A stretch of DNA of 64,000 nt from Octopus sinensis (taxonomy: Eukaryota), in NCBI RefSeq assembly GCF_006345805.1, contig NC_043000.1:143220001-143284000 (forward strand), in the 5' to 3' direction. The notes beneath the pieces were generated by a model. That model was given only the letters and a program-made list of their open reading frames with translations, searched no databases and had not been told where the DNA came from. Positions 37,850-51,599 of the stretch are shown here, in pieces. A program made the translations under genes and the position numbers. Every line of letters begins with the position of its first letter. The first letter of the stretch is position 1.

Positions 37850-38243
37850 CCCCTCGTCCAGTGAACGGTGCTGAGTTGTCAAACATTTAAACCAAATTTT
37901 CTCAAAACAATTTGTCCGACCGTCCCATAGGCCTCCCTTTTGAGAAACACTGATTTAACCTAAATTTGAGACACCAGCAAAAGAAGAAATAAAGATAGAC
38001 TTTTCTCGCGTACGCGTAGTATCGATCGTAACAGCTGATGTACTTGCGTGTACAAATGCACGTTCCCACTGCTTTATCGATCGCATTCTCACCTGGAATC
38101 GATTTTTCTAATTTTGTCAAGACTTATACATGTCCTGATACTGTCGGTATCTACATATCAAATTTGAGCGCAATCGGATGGAGGATGCCCGAGACCCTAA
38201 AAGACACACACACAGACAGACAGAACGGATTTTATATAATAGA
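37850..38243 (+). mobile_element. Helentron/DINE-1-like non-autonomous element 3' end
   Basis: CAAATTTGAGCGCAATCGGATG followed by (CA)n(CAGA)n and TTTTATATAATAGAT, an end pattern typical of HINE/DINE-1 elements. Confidence 0.5.
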
Positions 38244-38279
38244 TCATCACTCAAATCCTAGATCCGACATTTTATGGCT

Positions 38280-38760
38280 TAGTTTGGAAGAGAGCAGAGG
38301 CAGTCAAGGTCTCTCAGACTGGATGAAAGAGAAGTTATCATCAAACATGTGGCAAAACTTAAATGCTCACAACAGAGAACACACCACTAAGACGGCCAAG
38401 GGCCAAATCGTGGTACTACACCATACAGCAATTAACTTTGCCACCCTAAATGAAGAATGATCACTCTGATTGATATCCCCAGTTAGCTCAATGATTGCTT
38501 GAGCATTAATTACTTGCCGCCTTCCTTTAGCCGTCAATGGCAGGAAGTCTTCATCTGTCTGGTGGTTTTGGCGAAATAGGTTGTGTAGTAGACATAAATG
38601 ACAAGACTAAAAGTAGATACTTTCTTCTTTGACCAAGCCCTCATTAACTTTCTCCAGATTTACCTGAAAAGGAAAATGAAGATGGAGAGGGATGTGCTTC
38701 AACGCAGCAAATTTGTTTAAAAACGGATGTGAGTGGCTGGGAAGATCCGAGTTAATGGTT
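38280..38760 (+). pseudogene. L1/Tx1-like LINE ORF2 C-terminal remnant
   Basis: VFICLVVLAK*VV**T*MTRLKVDTFFFDQALINFLQIYLKRKMKMERDVLQRSKFV; aligns with the remnant at 51600-52220. Confidence 0.6.
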
Positions 38761-41700
38761 TTGCACATGTGCATTCAAGGAGGAGAATAAAGCGAGAGTA
38801 CTTGTTCTTGTGGTGAGATTAGTTGTGGTTTAGGGGAAATTATTCGTTGTATTTTTACTGTTATTTTACTATTTATGCGTTTTTTAAGTAATCCTGTATT
38901 TTAAATTCATGTTCGTCTTCTATCAGTTTTGTAAACATTTCGTCGGTTTTAAAGAAACCTTATTATTATTGTTATTGTTATTATCATCACCATCATCATC
39001 GTCGTCGTCGTCTTTTTCGTCGTCATCATCATCCACATCATCATTATCCTGATCCTCGTCATGATCATGGAGTTAATCATGATCATCATCTTGATCATAG
39101 AGTTAATCCGTATGAATATGATAATTCACTTTTCGCTGCCCAGAGCATCTTGCTATATCTAGTCCTCCCATCACGCACACACACACACAATCATACGCAG
39201 ATAATGAGATGGCGGAATCGTTAGAGCGTAAGATAAAATGCCTTGCGGTATTTGTTCCGACACTTTACGTTCTGAGAAGAAATCCCTGCACTGTCAACTT
39301 TGTTTTCATTCTTCCGGAATTGAGAAAATAGATTAGCAGCCAAGCATTGGGGTCGATTGTGTCGACTAACACACCGCTCATATTTCTGGCTTTGTGCCTA
39401 TGTTAGAAACAAATGATAGAATAGAATTATTAACTATTTGGGATGAAAGTATATTTCATATGCAGTATGGATTTTGTTTCTTTGACAGAGTAAAGTAATA
39501 TTTTCTTTCTTTTACGAGTTAAAAATTTCGAGAGAAAAACAAGCGTATTTCGAGCGGGCACTTTCCCTTAGACTGTAATTTATATTATTAGTTTGTCAGC
39601 CAAAGAACAAATACAAATATTTAGTGAACAAACAAGAATGGATTATTTTGGCTCTAGCATGAAATGAAGCCGGAAGTGAACTTTGATTGCTGCAACAATT
39701 CATTTGGCAGCTGCTGAAATATTGGATTTGGTGCCAGCAGCGAGAGAAGCAAGGTCACCGATGGTATGATCCATATCAGGAGAAGAGGTAACTTTGCTGA
39801 TGGCTATAATTTTACAAAGAATGGCAACAAAGGAGACTGACAACAATCAGAGATGCAACAGCAGCAGCATCAACATCAAAACGAAATATCCACATGGCAT
39901 GGGGATTATGGAAATTGAAGCAGTGAGATCGGAAACAATGGAAATGCAAGGATCAATAACAATGACAACAACATGCTCAGCCAACTTTACTGTGTTCTCA
40001 AGGATATCAAGAGGTGTAGGAGATTAAGTTTATCAAACTCGTGGCAAATGCATGTCAAGATTCTTGGAGGATAAAGAGAAAAAAAATGAAGTAAAAATAT
40101 CATACAGAACAAAATAGACAAACTATTTGACTTCACTGCGATATTACAAGCCGACACTTTTAATGGGTATCATAAGAAATATTTAATGTGTGACATAATG
40201 ATAGCGACAAAAATATCAAGAAAAAAATATTGAATAAATTACTTATTGAGAAATATGGATGATTTACGATTTCCACTCACATAATAGCCATATAAAGTGT
40301 GAGAAAGTCACAAAGGTATTCTACTATTGGACATGACGTATAGACTTACAAGTTTTGAAGTTCTGCGAGCTTATGTCTGCAGGTTATGTAAAATAGAAGG
40401 AATCAATGACTCGTCCCTTAAGGATTTAGTACTGCAAGTCTACACAAAGCCTCCAAACATTTCCCATCAACATTAAATGTGAATACAATATTAACAAAAG
40501 CTAACGATTTCAAAGCTCACAAATACTGTTCGAAATTTTGGTCACCTCACGGCGTATGTATAAGTCCTTAAACAAGCATCTAATTAGGAACATTCGTTCT
40601 CTTAACAGATGTTAAATTCCTGATTGAAGAAATAAATCGTTTCAATAGACAGTGCGCAACTGGAAGCATATAAGAAAAAAAAGTGTATCGTCTGGAGGTC
40701 AGCCAATTGACATACAGACGTGAAAAGCTAAACGTGACCATGTGTTTCTTTGTTTGTATATACACGCGCGCGTATATGTGTATGTGTTTGAAATGCCTGA
40801 AATAATAGCAGTCAATCCACCTTCAGCATTTCCCATTATTTTATTGACCTCTGAAAATGATTAACAGCCAAACCGATACTGGAACAAATACCATAAGATT
40901 AATTTTGCCCGTCGCTCTAACGATTAACGAGGGTAACTTTTTGTCCTCATTAAAAAAAAAATAATTGCATTAAATTAACTTTAATGCTGTCACAAAGCTT
41001 CACGATATACAATAGCTGTACAGTAAATTATAAGCCCCGTAATGCTACTTATTTTTTGACAGCTACCCCGGGAAGGATGGAGGGTATAATCGACCTGTAC
41101 AGGATTTGAAACCGAAATTACACGTTATTTAGTGTTTCTCACACCTGACTCCTTTGTCATTGTCATTTTACTTTTGATAATACTTATTTTTTCAGCTTTC
41201 TTTCATTCCATCACTTCTTCTCAATCACATGTCGACTATCACAAGTGTCTGTTAAGCCATCATCTTTCCTCATGTCTATTTTTTTGCTTGCTTTCTGCGT
41301 TCCTTGTCTTTCTTTCTGTATTTCATTCATTTATTCCGTCTTTCCTTTTCCTATTTAATCTCTCCAGCTTTAATGCGTTTTTGCTTCCTTTCTAACTACC
41401 ATTTTATCTTAGAAGAAAGTAAAGAGCCTTAACTAAGTACTGTTTGCACGCTAGGGTTTCAGTCGGTTTTCTCCCTAAGAAAAATTGTAATGATGAATCT
41501 CTATAATGGGCACAAAGCCACACATTTGTTATACAGGTTGAACTCGATCATGTCTATTCTAAAACATGACTAATATGCGGATAAGCTAAAAGTTATAGTG
41601 AGCATCAGCGTGATTTGAATTCAGAATATAAAAAGGATGGACACCAAATAGCAGCACCCTTCAACTTTAGATGTCCTCTTATCCCGTCTTCTTTGAATAT

Positions 41701-42281
41701 ACGAAGGGAAATAAATGTTCAACTGGAATTGTAAAATAGCAGTCAAATATCTTTTAGACGACATTCCACTGTCTTGGATTAAACAAAATAGAACACTTAT
41801 AATAGTGTAGTCACAGACATCCCTAAAACAGAAGAGAAGCTCACGTTTGGTTTGCCATTGATCATAGGTCTGTTTGATTAGAACCAAAATGAGGATAAGC
41901 AACATAGGCTCAAGGCCTGAAATATGGGCGGTTGCGGAGTCAGTCGATTAAATCGGATCGGAGGGATAAATGTGAACTTGACTTCGGCGGCATTTAAGCA
42001 CGGGCCTAAAACATCACAATAAATATAGCAATGCATTTTCTTTGACACTAACCATTCTAACAATTCACAGCCCTGCAGGCAGCAGTTTTGAGAGAAGGGG
42101 ATTTGTCGATTACATCGAACCCAGTATTGACTGTTATTTCATTTTAGGGCTAGAAGGCTAAAGGGTAAACTTTGGCTTCGACCGGTATCGAACCAACAAC
42201 ACAAAAAACCCGACGAAATCCCGCAAGGCATTTTATCCAAAAAACATCAATAACAATTTGCTAGCCCCTTCCTTTAAAAAT

Positions 42282-42675
42282 ATGGAAGCACTCCGTCGGT
42301 TACGACGACGAGGGTTCCGGTTGATCCGAATCAACGGGACAGCCTGCTCGTGAAATTAACGTGTAAGTGGCTGAGCACTCCACAGACACGTGTACCCTTA
42401 ACGTAGTTCTCGGGGATATTCAGCGTGACCCAGAGAGTGACAAGGCCGGCCCGTTGAAATACAGGTACAACAGAAACAGGAATTAAGAGTGAGAGAAAGT
42501 TGTGGTGAAAGAGTACAGCAGGGATCACCACCATCCCCTGCCGGAGCCTCGTGGAGCTTCGTGGAGCTTTAGGTGTTTTCGCTCAATAAACACTCACAAC
42601 GTCCGGTCTGGGAATCGAAACCGCGATCCTATGACCGCGAGTCCGCTGCCCTAACCACTGGGCCATTGCGCCTTC
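42282..42675 (-). mobile_element. SINE family D with TSD
   Basis: Very similar to 9105-9490; CTTTAAAAA flanks both ends; internal 10-bp duplication CGTGGAGCTT. Confidence 0.92.
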
Positions 42676-44257
42676 ACTTTAAAAAAATATATTTATTAAC
42701 GGATTTATGTATTGTCACCAGGCAACACCATTTAAAATAGCGGAGGAGTAGATTTTTCAGCTCGGTACAGCTACTAATTTAATGTCAAACACTATGTTAA
42801 ATCATGGAGGTCATAATTGACCTACATAAGATTTGAAACCAAAATAGCACACATCGCTTATGAACTACAAACACCGCAGTGTTTCTGTCAACCGATTATT
42901 CTGTCATTCTTTTTTTACTTACTACCATCTTTCAGCTTTCTCTATCCCATCATCCTTCTCTACGCATCTATCTATTCAACTCTTCTTTTGCCTTCATTTC
43001 CTTCCTTCATTCTGTCTTTTTATTCTTATCCATCCACCCCACCCCTATTCTATCCATTTTTGCTGTCTTTTTGCTTCCTTTGTTGCTTCCTTTCCCGCTT
43101 CCTTGGTTACTTCCTCTGCTTTCTCCCTTACATTTACTTTGCATAATAATTCATTTCATTGTCCCCTTCCTCTCTACCACCAACTATTTCTCTCCTCTCT
43201 ATTTCTCGTCCTGCTTCTCAGTTCTGTTCAAACAGCTTTCTATGCCGTAGCATTTCAGCTATTTTTAAAAATTTATATATAAAATTTTCCTTGCTTCTAT
43301 CTTATTTCCTTATCTCTTACTCCCACCATCAAAACACTCACTCCCACTCTTCCCTATTCTGTTACCTTTTCCTTCGGCAATTATTTTCCTCTCCTTATTT
43401 ACTTTCATTTCTTTTATGTTATTTATGCATACATACACTCTCACTCTTTCATACATACACACTTATAGATATATGTACGCACACTTCATGTATATGTCTT
43501 CGTGATTGCCTACCTATCTTTCTATCTGTTAGTCTGCATATGTGTACATACGTGTGTGCATACGTATGTCCACTTCTAAATGAATAACAATAGTTATATG
43601 TGAAGGCGTGTGTCTGTCTGTGTGTGAGGTTGTGTGTGTAAGAAATACATTACATTGGAGTCACAAAAACATTAAGACATATATATATATAGTTACTTTA
43701 TAATCACATTTAATTTATAATATTTTGTTATATAGATAAAAATTAATAGATATGAACGATTTAGTGAACAAAACCGGTACTAGCAATCATGTTCTTTGTA
43801 TCTGATTGAAGAAGTTCTCGCTGAGATCTTATGTGCGTAATGGGTGCAATAATTTTATCGTAGTACACCTAGAACATCATCTTAGTCTCTTGGTAAAAGA
43901 ATGAAACTGAAGATATTAATATATACATATGCATGTGTGTGTGCGTGTGTGTGTGTGTATGAGTACGCATGTATAGACGGAGGAACGCGGAGACAAAATG
44001 GTGGATTCGTTCCGATATCAACAAGGAATCTATCTATAATATTTTTTTAAATGTCTAAAGTCTTTTCTCTATTTTTCACCCGAAACATGTAACTAGTAAA
44101 GCTTGTCAAAAGTTATTTTTAGCATCGATTGATAACAGCCAATTTATGTATGATGTTGATAAAAAAGAGAATTTCCTAATTTACCATGCCAGCCACCTCA
44201 AAATCTGAACAAGAATCATAAGAATCATTGTATAACAACGCAGTGGAAATTTAGCTT

Positions 44258-44305
<48 letters not shown>

Positions 44306-44468
44306 ATGTATGTATGTATGTATGTGTGTGTGTGTGTGTACTTACACATGTACATACACACATACAAACGTTCGTATATATATATATATATGTATGAATA
44401 CGTATATATATATATATCATTATAATATATATATAATTTCTTTTTCTCTCTTTTTCTTTTATATACAA

Positions 44469-44469
<1 letters not shown>

Positions 44470-44503
<34 letters not shown>

Positions 44504-44558
44504 GTTATTGTTGTTATTATTATTATTGTTATTGTTGTTATTATTATTATTATTATTA

Positions 44559-44593
<35 letters not shown>

Positions 44594-44610
44594 GTTATCA
44601 TTATTATTAT
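44470..44610. repeat. (ATT)n/(GTT)n microsatellite
   Basis: Direct reading. Confidence 0.97.
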
Positions 44611-45134
44611 ATACGCTTTTGGTAGGGAAATCAATGAAAAGAGAAATTTTGCGGAACGTACGCAAAACATTTTGCAGAATTTATATTTATGGAGGAATTG
44701 CTGATAATTTACACACGCTATCTCTCTCTCTTTCTCTTTCTCTCTCTCTCTCATGTAAACTCTTACTTTCTCTCCCTCCTTGTTGTGTATGTATATGTGG
44801 TGTTTGTATATGTGTATGTCTGCATGTGTGTGTGTTTTTTTTTTTTCTTTTAAATATTTTTTTTTTTTGCAACCAAAAATATAATCAATGTACTGTTAAG
44901 TTAAGAGGAGTATATAGGATGTGATGTATGTTTGTCAAATGTAAAATAAACAAGATTATATTTCCGGACCTAAATATTTCGTGCAATCGACCTTATGATT
45001 GACTCTAATCATCAACGGATTGGGAAGCTTTTCAATCTGCTGATATGTAATCCTGTTTACGTTATATTTGATAAGAGCATACACACATAAGCACACACAC
45101 ACACATTCACACACACACACATACACACACACAG

Positions 45135-45185
<51 letters not shown>

Positions 45186-45928
45186 CGCACACATACACAC
45201 GCACATATAAGCGTAGATATCTATATTATTCTTCGATCTGTTTCCCTTTCAAAAGTTCTTTAACTTTCGATATTTTCTTAATTCTTTATATATTCCCTTT
45301 TCTCTGTCTCTCTCTATCTTCCTCACTTCCTCATCCCTACCTCCCTCCTTCCTTTCCTCCGTCAACCACTCCCTCCATCTCTCCCTCCCTCCCTCCCTCA
45401 CGTCTTTCTGAGTTTTCTTCCACATAATCATTTCTCACTCAATCTTTATGATTCTTTTCCCTCGTATTCTGACTGTTATATGAGTCATATAATTTATTAC
45501 GAAGGAATATTTTTTTCATATTTCAGAAAAGATTCACTCGTGCTCTTCACGAACAAACAACCCGTTCTCCTCTACCTTCTTTAAATCATAATGATTTATC
45601 ACTGGCAAGAATATTAAAAACTTGGGGAAGGGTACAATAGTTTTTATTGATTCTAGTTTCGTTCGAAATGAGACGTATTTGTTACACAGATTACTTTTAA
45701 AAAACCCCAGAAAACTTCTATCTATAGTGCTTTGCACTGATACCTTCATCTGGCCATACTTCGTCTCTTGTAATAGGGTGAAGGTAGCTAGTCATAAGTT
45801 CTGTATACTGCTAAAACGTTTAGTTGCAAAGATTACGATACTGTGGCTAATGTGATCTCAGTATACACTAAGGCAGCAACAATAGTAGAATTAAGGACAC
45901 AGTATTCAAGTATGGTTATATTTTATCA

Positions 45929-46325
45929 GGGTAGGGTGGCAGAAAGGTTAGCACGCCAGGCGAAACGCTTAGCAGTATTTCGTCTATCTTTACGTTCTGA
46001 GTTCAAATTCCACCGAGGTCGACTTTGCCTTTCATCCTTTCGGGGTTGATTAAATAATTATCAGTTACGCACTGGGGTCGATGTAATCGACTTAATCCGT
46101 TTGTCTGTCCTTGTTTGTTCCCTCTGTGTTTAGCCCCTTGTGGGTAGTAAAGAAATAGGTATTTCGTTTGTCTTTGCGTTCTGAGTTCAAATTCCGCCGA
46201 GGTCAAGTTTGCTTTTCATCCTTTCGGGATCGATAAATTTAGTATCAGTTGCGTACTAGGGTCGAGCTAATCGACTGGGCCCCATCAACCAAAATTTCAG
46301 GTCTTGTGCTTAGAGGAGAAAAGAA
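45929..46325 (+). mobile_element. SINE family A dimer
   Basis: Reverse complement of 7091-7481, same junction. Confidence 0.9.
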
Positions 46326-46479
46326 TATTCAGATATCTAGCATCTGACTTCTGGAATGATGTCCACTTTACAGAAAACTAAGAAAGATAATGCTACCGAA
46401 GGACTTAGCCCTGCCGGGGCAGCACCGCAAAGAAGGTAAGTCTAAATAATCGCCCCCAGTTGTTAATTTCTTTTTGAAA

Positions 46480-46735
46480 GCCTGGTACTTATTCTATCGG
46501 TCAATTTCGCCGAACCGCTATCTTACGGGAAAGTAAAAAAAAAAAAACAGTATCGATTGTCAAGCGATGGCGGGCGGGGACAAAGACATAAACACTCGCC
46601 ATCGCACACTTACACATGGTAAATTTCTTTCAGCTTCTGTCTAACAAATCCATTCACAAGGTATTTGTCCGCCGAGGCTATTTATAGAAGACATTTGCCC
46701 AAGGTACCACGTACTAAGAATGAACCCAGGTACAT
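46480..46735 (-). mobile_element. SINE family B, strongly diverged
   Basis: GTACTTATTCTATCGGTC...CGCCGAACCGCTA...AAATCCATTCACAAGG...TGCCCAAGGTACCAC. Confidence 0.7.
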
Positions 46736-46762
46736 AGAAAATTTCACGCGTACGCAAGCACA

Positions 46763-46813
<51 letters not shown>

Positions 46814-46964
46814 ACACACACAAACACATACATATATACATATATATAGTGGAACAAAAACGCAATAGAGGACAAGAAAGCATTCGGACAGATAGACGAT
46901 ACAAAGGCGGACAGGAGAAACGACAATTAGGACAGGCAAAAAGAGATGGGTCATATATGTATAC

Positions 46965-47038
<74 letters not shown>

Positions 47039-47039
47039 A

Positions 47040-48418
47040 CGTTTCTCTATCTCTCTCACCTCCAGTCCCCTCGATCTGTCTCTTTCTTCTCCTCCCTCGT
47101 CCACCTTCTCTCTCTTTTCATCTATCCCTCTCTCCTGTCTTTTGTTCTCACGTGACCGCTAGCCACTGTTGAGCGCTCTTTTCGTTCCAGCAGTCGCCGA
47201 AGCAACACGTATTTGTTCGTCTCCCTACGGCCATTAGGCACAACTTCATAAGCCAGCCCTAAACTCAACTCGTCCTGTCGAAAGACCCTTGTCCTACGTC
47301 CTGGTTTTGTTTTGTTTTTTATTTTTACCGTTATTGTTTTTACGTTTTTGTATTCTTATTGGTGTCACGTATTCTGTATTTTTGTTCGTGTACTTCGTTC
47401 GTTTTCCGTCCTCGTGTTGTATACATTCGAAGCTTTCTTCCAGGGGATCTAATGCGCTTGGCTTAGATTTCCCTTGGCGGGCTGCCCAAATCGGAGCAAT
47501 CTCAAGATTAATCAGCCGAAATTGCTAAGATGATCTGGTTCTTGACTGATGACTGAGGGCTTCGAATGTCCCGTCCTGTGGTTCTTGTGTCGTCTCTGTG
47601 GTGTTTCATGTTCTTGTCCATGTCTGTAATTATTTTTACTGTTTACCTATATAATCGGCGGCTACGTATCCACAATTGTCCTTATACGATAAGTATGTTT
47701 TTTCTCTAGCATTGATACGACTCTTGATCTGTCTCTTTCACTCTCTCTCTCTCTCCTCCCTTATTCCCCTTCCTTTCTTTCCCTCTCCATCCGTCTTCCC
47801 CCCCCTTCTACGTTTCTCTATCTCTCTCACCTCCAGTCCCCTCGATCTGTCTCTTTCTTCTCCTCCCTCGTCCACCTTCTCTCTCTTTTCATCTGTCCCT
47901 TTCTCCTGTCTTTTGTTCTCACGTGACCGCTAGCCACTGTTGAGCGCTCTTTTCGTTCCAGCAGTCGCCGAAGCAACACGTATTTGTTCGTCTCCCTGCG
48001 GCCATTAGGCACAACTTCATAAGCCAGCCCTAAACTCAACTCGTCCTGTCGAAAGACCCTTGTCCTACGTCCTGGTTTTGTTTTGTTTTTTATTTTTACC
48101 GTTATTGTTTTTACGTTTTTGTATTCTTATTGGTGTCACGTATTCTGTATTTTTGTTCGTGTACTTCATTCGTTTTCCGTCCTCGTGTTGTATACATTCG
48201 AAGCTTTCTTCCAGGGGATCTAATGCGCTTGGCTTAGATTTCCCTTGGCGGGCTGCCCAAATCGGAGCAATCTCAAGATTAATCAGCCGAATTGCTAAGA
48301 TGATCTGGTTCTTGACTGATGACTGAGGGCTTCGAATGTCCCGTCCTGTGGTTCTTGTGTCGTCTCTGTGGTGTTCATGTTCTTGTCCATGTCTGTAATT
48401 ATTTTTACTGTTTACCTA
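47040..48418 (+). mobile_element. Partial tandem (about 1.8 units, 771-bp period) element in (TA)n; PLE pseudo-LTR/retrozyme-like
   Basis: 47040-47649 and 47811-48418 are almost identical, with a 160-bp spacer; (TA)n on both sides; no TG..CA ends, PBS or PPT; each unit has CTGATGA and several stems. Confidence 0.75.
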
Positions 48419-48455
48419 CATATATATATATATATACATATATATATGTATATAC

Positions 48456-48487
<32 letters not shown>

Positions 48488-48488
48488 C

Positions 48489-48560
<72 letters not shown>

Positions 48561-48760
48561 CATATATATAATATATACGTACATGCACAGATATATTTTT
48601 TCCATATCAGTTTAATATTATTTCGTAATTTGCTTCATTGTTTTCAATCGTAACGTCTATAAAATTCAATATTTTCTAGTTTTTCTAATTTTCTTTGCTA
48701 CGTCCTCCATCCATCGTCCTTGTGGCAATAGATGAAATTAGCATTCCTTGCTACTACTAT

Positions 48761-48807
<47 letters not shown>

Positions 48808-48818
48808 TATTGATGTTG

Positions 48819-48870
<52 letters not shown>

Positions 48871-49224
48871 CATCATGATCATAATCATCATTAACACTAC
48901 CGCATGTACCTTCACGAACACGACCATTATCATCGACATTATCATCATTTCCTCAGCTATTACCTTTATGTGTTTTAAAAAAAATTTTTGAGGCATTTTA
49001 TAACTCGACCGTCATATCTAGGCGACGTAGCAATCGCTAATATTCTACCCAATAAACTGCCGAAAGCGCTAGACTGAAGAAAATTGTCTCCTTGCAGCGT
49101 TCTAGCAGAGTCGTCTTTTAATGATATGTGCAGTTCACTTCCCTAAAATCCAAGCATTATTGATTTTCATTTCACATAGTTAGAAATAGAAACGTTTTAA
49201 TATGTCTGTCTACGTGTATGTATC

Positions 49225-49606
49225 TCTATGTATGTATGTATGTATGTATGTATGTATGTATGTATGTATGTATGTATGTACGTACGTATGTATGTATGTA
49301 TGTATGTATGTATGTATGTATGTATGTATGTATGTACGTACGTACGTATGTATGTATGTATGTACGTACGTACGTATGTATGTATGTATGTATGTATGTA
49401 TGTATGTATGTATGTATGTATGTATGTATGTATGTATGTATGTACGTATGTATGTATGTATGTATGTATGTATGTATGTATGTATGTATGTACGTATGTA
49501 TGTATGTACGTATGTATGTATGTATGCATGTATGTATGTATGTATGTATGTATGTATGTACGTATGTATGTATGTATGTATGCATGTATGTATGCATGTA
49601 TGTATG

Positions 49607-49640
<34 letters not shown>

Positions 49641-49995
49641 TATATGTATGTATGTATGTATGTATATATGTATGTACGTACGTATGTATGTATGTACGTA
49701 CGTACGTATGTATGTATGTATGTATGTATGTACGTACGTATGTTGTATGTATGTATGTATGTATGTATGTATGTATGTATGTATGTATGTATGTACGTAC
49801 GTATGTATGTATGTATGTATGTATGTACGTATGTATGTATGTATGTAGGTATGTATGTATGTATGTAAGTACGTATGTATGTATGTATGTACGTACGTAT
49901 GTATGTATGTATGTATGTATGTATGTACGTACGTACGTACGTATGTATGTATGTATGTATGTATGTATGTATGTATGTACGTATGTACGTATGTA
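49225..49995. repeat. (TATG)n array with interspersed TACG variant units
   Basis: Direct reading. Confidence 0.98.
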
Positions 49996-50414
49996 TGTGC
50001 AATGCAAGTGTTGGTGTGTGAGTGTATGAAAGTGTATTTGGGTGTGATCATGCGGTGGGGTGTACGTATGTGTGCTCGTATGACTGTAGGTGTGTTTATA
50101 GATTAAAATATGTGTGTATGCGTTTACGAATGTACTGGTGTGCGTGTATGTGATGGCATGCGCCTGCGGGTGAATTTTAATATATACATACATACATACA
50201 TGCATACATATATACATACACGTATATGTGTATGTATGTATTTACATGTGTATATTATATATATATATATACATATATACATACACGCATATGTGTATGT
50301 ATGTATTTACATGTGTATATTATATATATACATATATACATACACGCATATGTGTATGTATGTATTTACATGTGTATATGATATATATATATATATCTAT
50401 ATATATATGTATAC

Positions 50415-50494
<80 letters not shown>

Positions 50495-50502
<8 letters not shown>

Positions 50503-50505
50503 TAA

Positions 50506-50540
<35 letters not shown>

Positions 50541-50555
50541 TAGATAGATAGATAG

Positions 50556-50632
<77 letters not shown>
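50495..50632. repeat. (GATA)n microsatellite
   Basis: Direct reading. Confidence 0.97.
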
Positions 50633-50633
<1 letters not shown>

Positions 50634-51599
50634 CGCACACACGCGACAGTTGGATGATGGTGTCGGTCGGAAAATAAAATTATTTGAGTGTCTGCATCTA
50701 CACATATACAACAGGCAGGGAATTGAACAAAATACTTTTTAGTGTTTATATTTCGAATCCTTGTGGACCGAGTTCAAATCCTGCCGCAGTCAACTTTACC
50801 TTTCGATATTTCGGGGGTTGGCAAAATAGAGTACCGCTTCAGTGTACTGGACAGGAGGGATCGTGAGAGGTTCGGGCAAAACGCCTTGTAGTACTTGGTC
50901 CTATTCTTGTCATTCTAAGTTAATCCGTCAAAAGGTTTAACAGCGCCACCTGATTCTTTGGTATTTTCAGTAGTGTTACCTCACTTGCAAGCATTCTGGT
51001 CAGATCACCGATTTTAGGATATCTTCCTCTATTTTTTTTCACCAATCTCAGATGCTTTGAATGACTAAACAGACAAGGGCACGGAACTCTCTCATCGACG
51101 AAATGGTAAAATTTAAAACACATGCATCAGACGTTTGAATATTTAGCAACCCGAAACTCAGAGGAACATTTCAAAAGCCTTATCATAAAAAGTAGTAGGA
51201 ATATTAATCTCAATAATAATACTAATAACGATTTCAAATTTTAGTAGAAGGCCAGTAAATTCGGTACTTATTTTATCGACCCCAAAAGGTAAACTTCATC
51301 TGCATGGTATGAGAACTCAGAACATAAAGACAGATGAAATGCCTGTAAGAATTCCATCCGTCGTGCTAATGATTCTGTCAGCTCACCGCTTTATGTAATA
51401 ATAATAATAATAATAATAATATAATATAATAATAATATAATATAATAATAATAATACAATAAAGTATAATGTGATGAAGTGTTACATGAAAGCGTCTGTA
51501 CCAAAAAAACCCAATAAAATCTACGAAACGCAAAATATCAAGCAAGAAAAAATCCCCAAAGGTGGGGATACATCAGAGGGATGCTTGTGGAAATCGCAC

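Noticed and set aside
45515-45640. Acceptor-like sites on both strands with short frames (KRFTRALHEQ...; INHYDLKKVEENGLFVREEHE)
   Set aside because: No recognisable homology or convincing donor; such sites are common in AT-rich DNA.
47040-48418. LTR retrotransposon/TRIM or CRISPR-like interpretation of the direct repeats
   Set aside because: No TG...CA ends, PBS or PPT, and only two long units; no short regular repeat-spacer array anywhere in the window.
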